From positions 2,287-66,286 of the forward strand of contig OMIE01000057.1 in NCBI GenBank assembly GCA_900299025.1: 64,000 bases of DNA. Direction: 5' to 3'. Source of the stretch: Burkholderiaceae bacterium. Its GTDB lineage: Bacteria; Pseudomonadota; Gammaproteobacteria; Burkholderiales; Burkholderiaceae_E. The notes under the pieces are model-generated. The model ran no database searches, was not told the origin of the DNA, and saw only the letters and a program-made list of their open reading frames with translations. This document shows, piece by piece, positions 62,840 through 64,000 of the stretch; position 1 is the first letter of the stretch, and every line of letters starts with the position of its first letter. Both the position numbers and the translations under genes were made by a program.

Positions 62840-64000
62840 GCAAAGCCAAAGTCTTGCTCGACGCGCTGCAAGCAGCGACACAGGCGGCCACTCCAACCCG
62901 AAGCGTGCCGGCCTTTTTGCCGTCCTGCGTGCGCCAGAACCCGAGCAACGAACGATCTTTGGAGAAATCCTTGACTGGATGTTCGCGCCCTTACTCTTGC
63001 TCTGGCCCTTGAGCGTCGTACTGACCTTTTCAATGGCCCGCTCGATTGCAGACCAACCCTTTGACCGCGCTCTTGAGGAAAAATCGCTGCTGATTGCACA
63101 AAGGGTTCGCGCCCAGGAATATATGCCCGGAGGCTTTCCACCGATCATCCCTTTGAGCAGCCAAGCTAGTGGCACCCAGGGGGGAACCACTTATCGTTAT
63201 CAAATCCGATTACCCGATGGTGGCTACATCGCAGGTGACCCTGATGTGCCCAGCCATGATCCTGATTTCTTACCAGATCCTGAGGCTGTCTCTATCCGTT
63301 ATGCACGCTATCACGGTGAAGAAGTCCGCGTGAGCGCTGTCCACCTACTTGCGCTCAATACCGAACAACAATCACTTATTGTTCAAATTGCTGAAACAAC
63401 AGAATCGCGTGAGGCACTTGCCAATGAGATCATTAGAGGCCTGATTTTTCCCCAATTCATCGTACTTCCGCTCGCAATTGTTTTGGTGTGGTTTGGGCTT
63501 ACTCAGGCACTAAAACCACTCGGGCGATTACAGCAGCGCATACAGGACCGGCGCCCCGATGATTTATCAACGCTGCAAGTCAGAGGTACACCCGAAGAGC
63601 TAGCGCCTTTGCTGAGTTCCTTCAACGATTTGCTTGACCGGATGGGGCAATTGATGCGCCTGCAGCGACGCTTTATTACCGACGCAGCCCACCAAATGAA
63701 AACACCACTCGCCGGTATTCGAACCCAGGCCGAACTCGCCTTGAGGAGCAACGATCCTGATGAAATTCGACAAAGTCTCAGCCAATTGATACGAAGTTCA
63801 GAACGGGCAGCGCACGTCTTGAATCAATTGCTCTCCCTCGCCCGAACCGAGAGTTTCGACCAGGCACAATATCGCATGGTGCCGATTGCATTCGCGCAGC
63901 AACTGCGTGAATGGGCTCAGGACTGGGCCGATCAAGCGCTTGCTGCAGGCCACGATTTTGGACTTGAAGTGGATCCCGAAGTCGAAGGGCTCAAGGTATG
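62766..64000 (+). CDS. Sensor histidine kinase with TctE-type N-terminal sensor domain (partial, runs off the right edge; start uncertain)
   Basis: My own translation in the frame where codon first positions are divisible by 3 has no stop from 62766 to the window end. It reads ...TIFGEILDWMFAPLLLLWPLSVVLTF...DRALEE... (TM1 plus a 2CSK_N-like region), a second TM, a HAMP-like segment and the H-box RRFITDAAHQMKTPLAGIRTQAEL (His codon at 63690-63692). The only in-frame ATGs before TM1 are at 62766 and 62775, inside the response regulator gene. The next ATG is at 62979, inside TM1. Confidence 0.8.
   Translation, partial: MVAMSPSQRYAGSDIALNGLPRRTEQSQSLARRAASSDTGGHSNPKRAGLFAVLRAPEPEQRTIFGEILDWMFAPLLLLWPLSVVLTFSMARSIADQPFDRALEEKSLLIAQRVRAQEYMPGGFPPIIPLSSQASGTQGGTTYRYQIRLPDGGYIAGDPDVPSHDPDFLPDPEAVSIRYARYHGEEVRVSAVHLLALNTEQQSLIVQIAETTESREALANEIIRGLIFPQFIVLPLAIVLVWFGLTQALKPLGRLQQRIQDRRPDDLSTLQVRGTPEELAPLLSSFNDLLDRMGQLMRLQRRFITDAAHQMKTPLAGIRTQAELALRSNDPDEIRQSLSQLIRSSERAAHVLNQLLSLARTESFDQAQYRMVPIAFAQQLREWAQDWADQALAAGHDFGLEVDPEVEGLKV

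Overview
This window looks like a densely packed core-chromosome segment of a Burkholderiales-type betaproteobacterium, not an accessory island. The taxon call is inference from three things: Bug/TctC tripartite tricarboxylate transporter genes, lptF-pepA-holC-valS synteny, and a tkt-gap-pgk-pyk-fba / purC-purE-purK-sua5 supercluster. About 55 protein genes cover nearly all of the sequence. Almost every one carries a recognisable family signature: three aminoacyl-tRNA synthetases (valS, alaS, glnS), groESL, purine and pyrimidine genes, central carbon metabolism, one complete tctCBA transporter plus a second orphan Bug-family binding protein, and a TctD/TctE-like two-component pair at the right edge. 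I found no rRNA, tRNA, CRISPR array, transposase, integrase, phage gene or recognisable defence gene, and no unexplained ORF of meaningful size outside known genes. I therefore do not claim a novel multi-gene system here. The items most worth a second look are: (1) a structured non-coding stretch ending in a canonical intrinsic terminator about 65 nt upstream of alaS, with no same-strand gene feeding it; (2) an AdoMetDC-spermidine synthase fusion gene whose 3-prime end overlaps rsmE; (3) a SWIB-domain protein with a histone-H1-like Ala/Lys tail; (4) a Sua5/TsaC protein with a roughly 100-aa Q/P-rich and acidic tail inside an ATGA-coupled purK-sua5-CoA-transferase chain that follows purE; (5) a tctCBA-HAD-GGT-like-dehydrogenase cluster of unknown substrate; (6) several small tandem duplications and head-to-head or nested gene overlaps. 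All functional calls come from reading motifs in the supplied translations and in my own translations. No database search was run.
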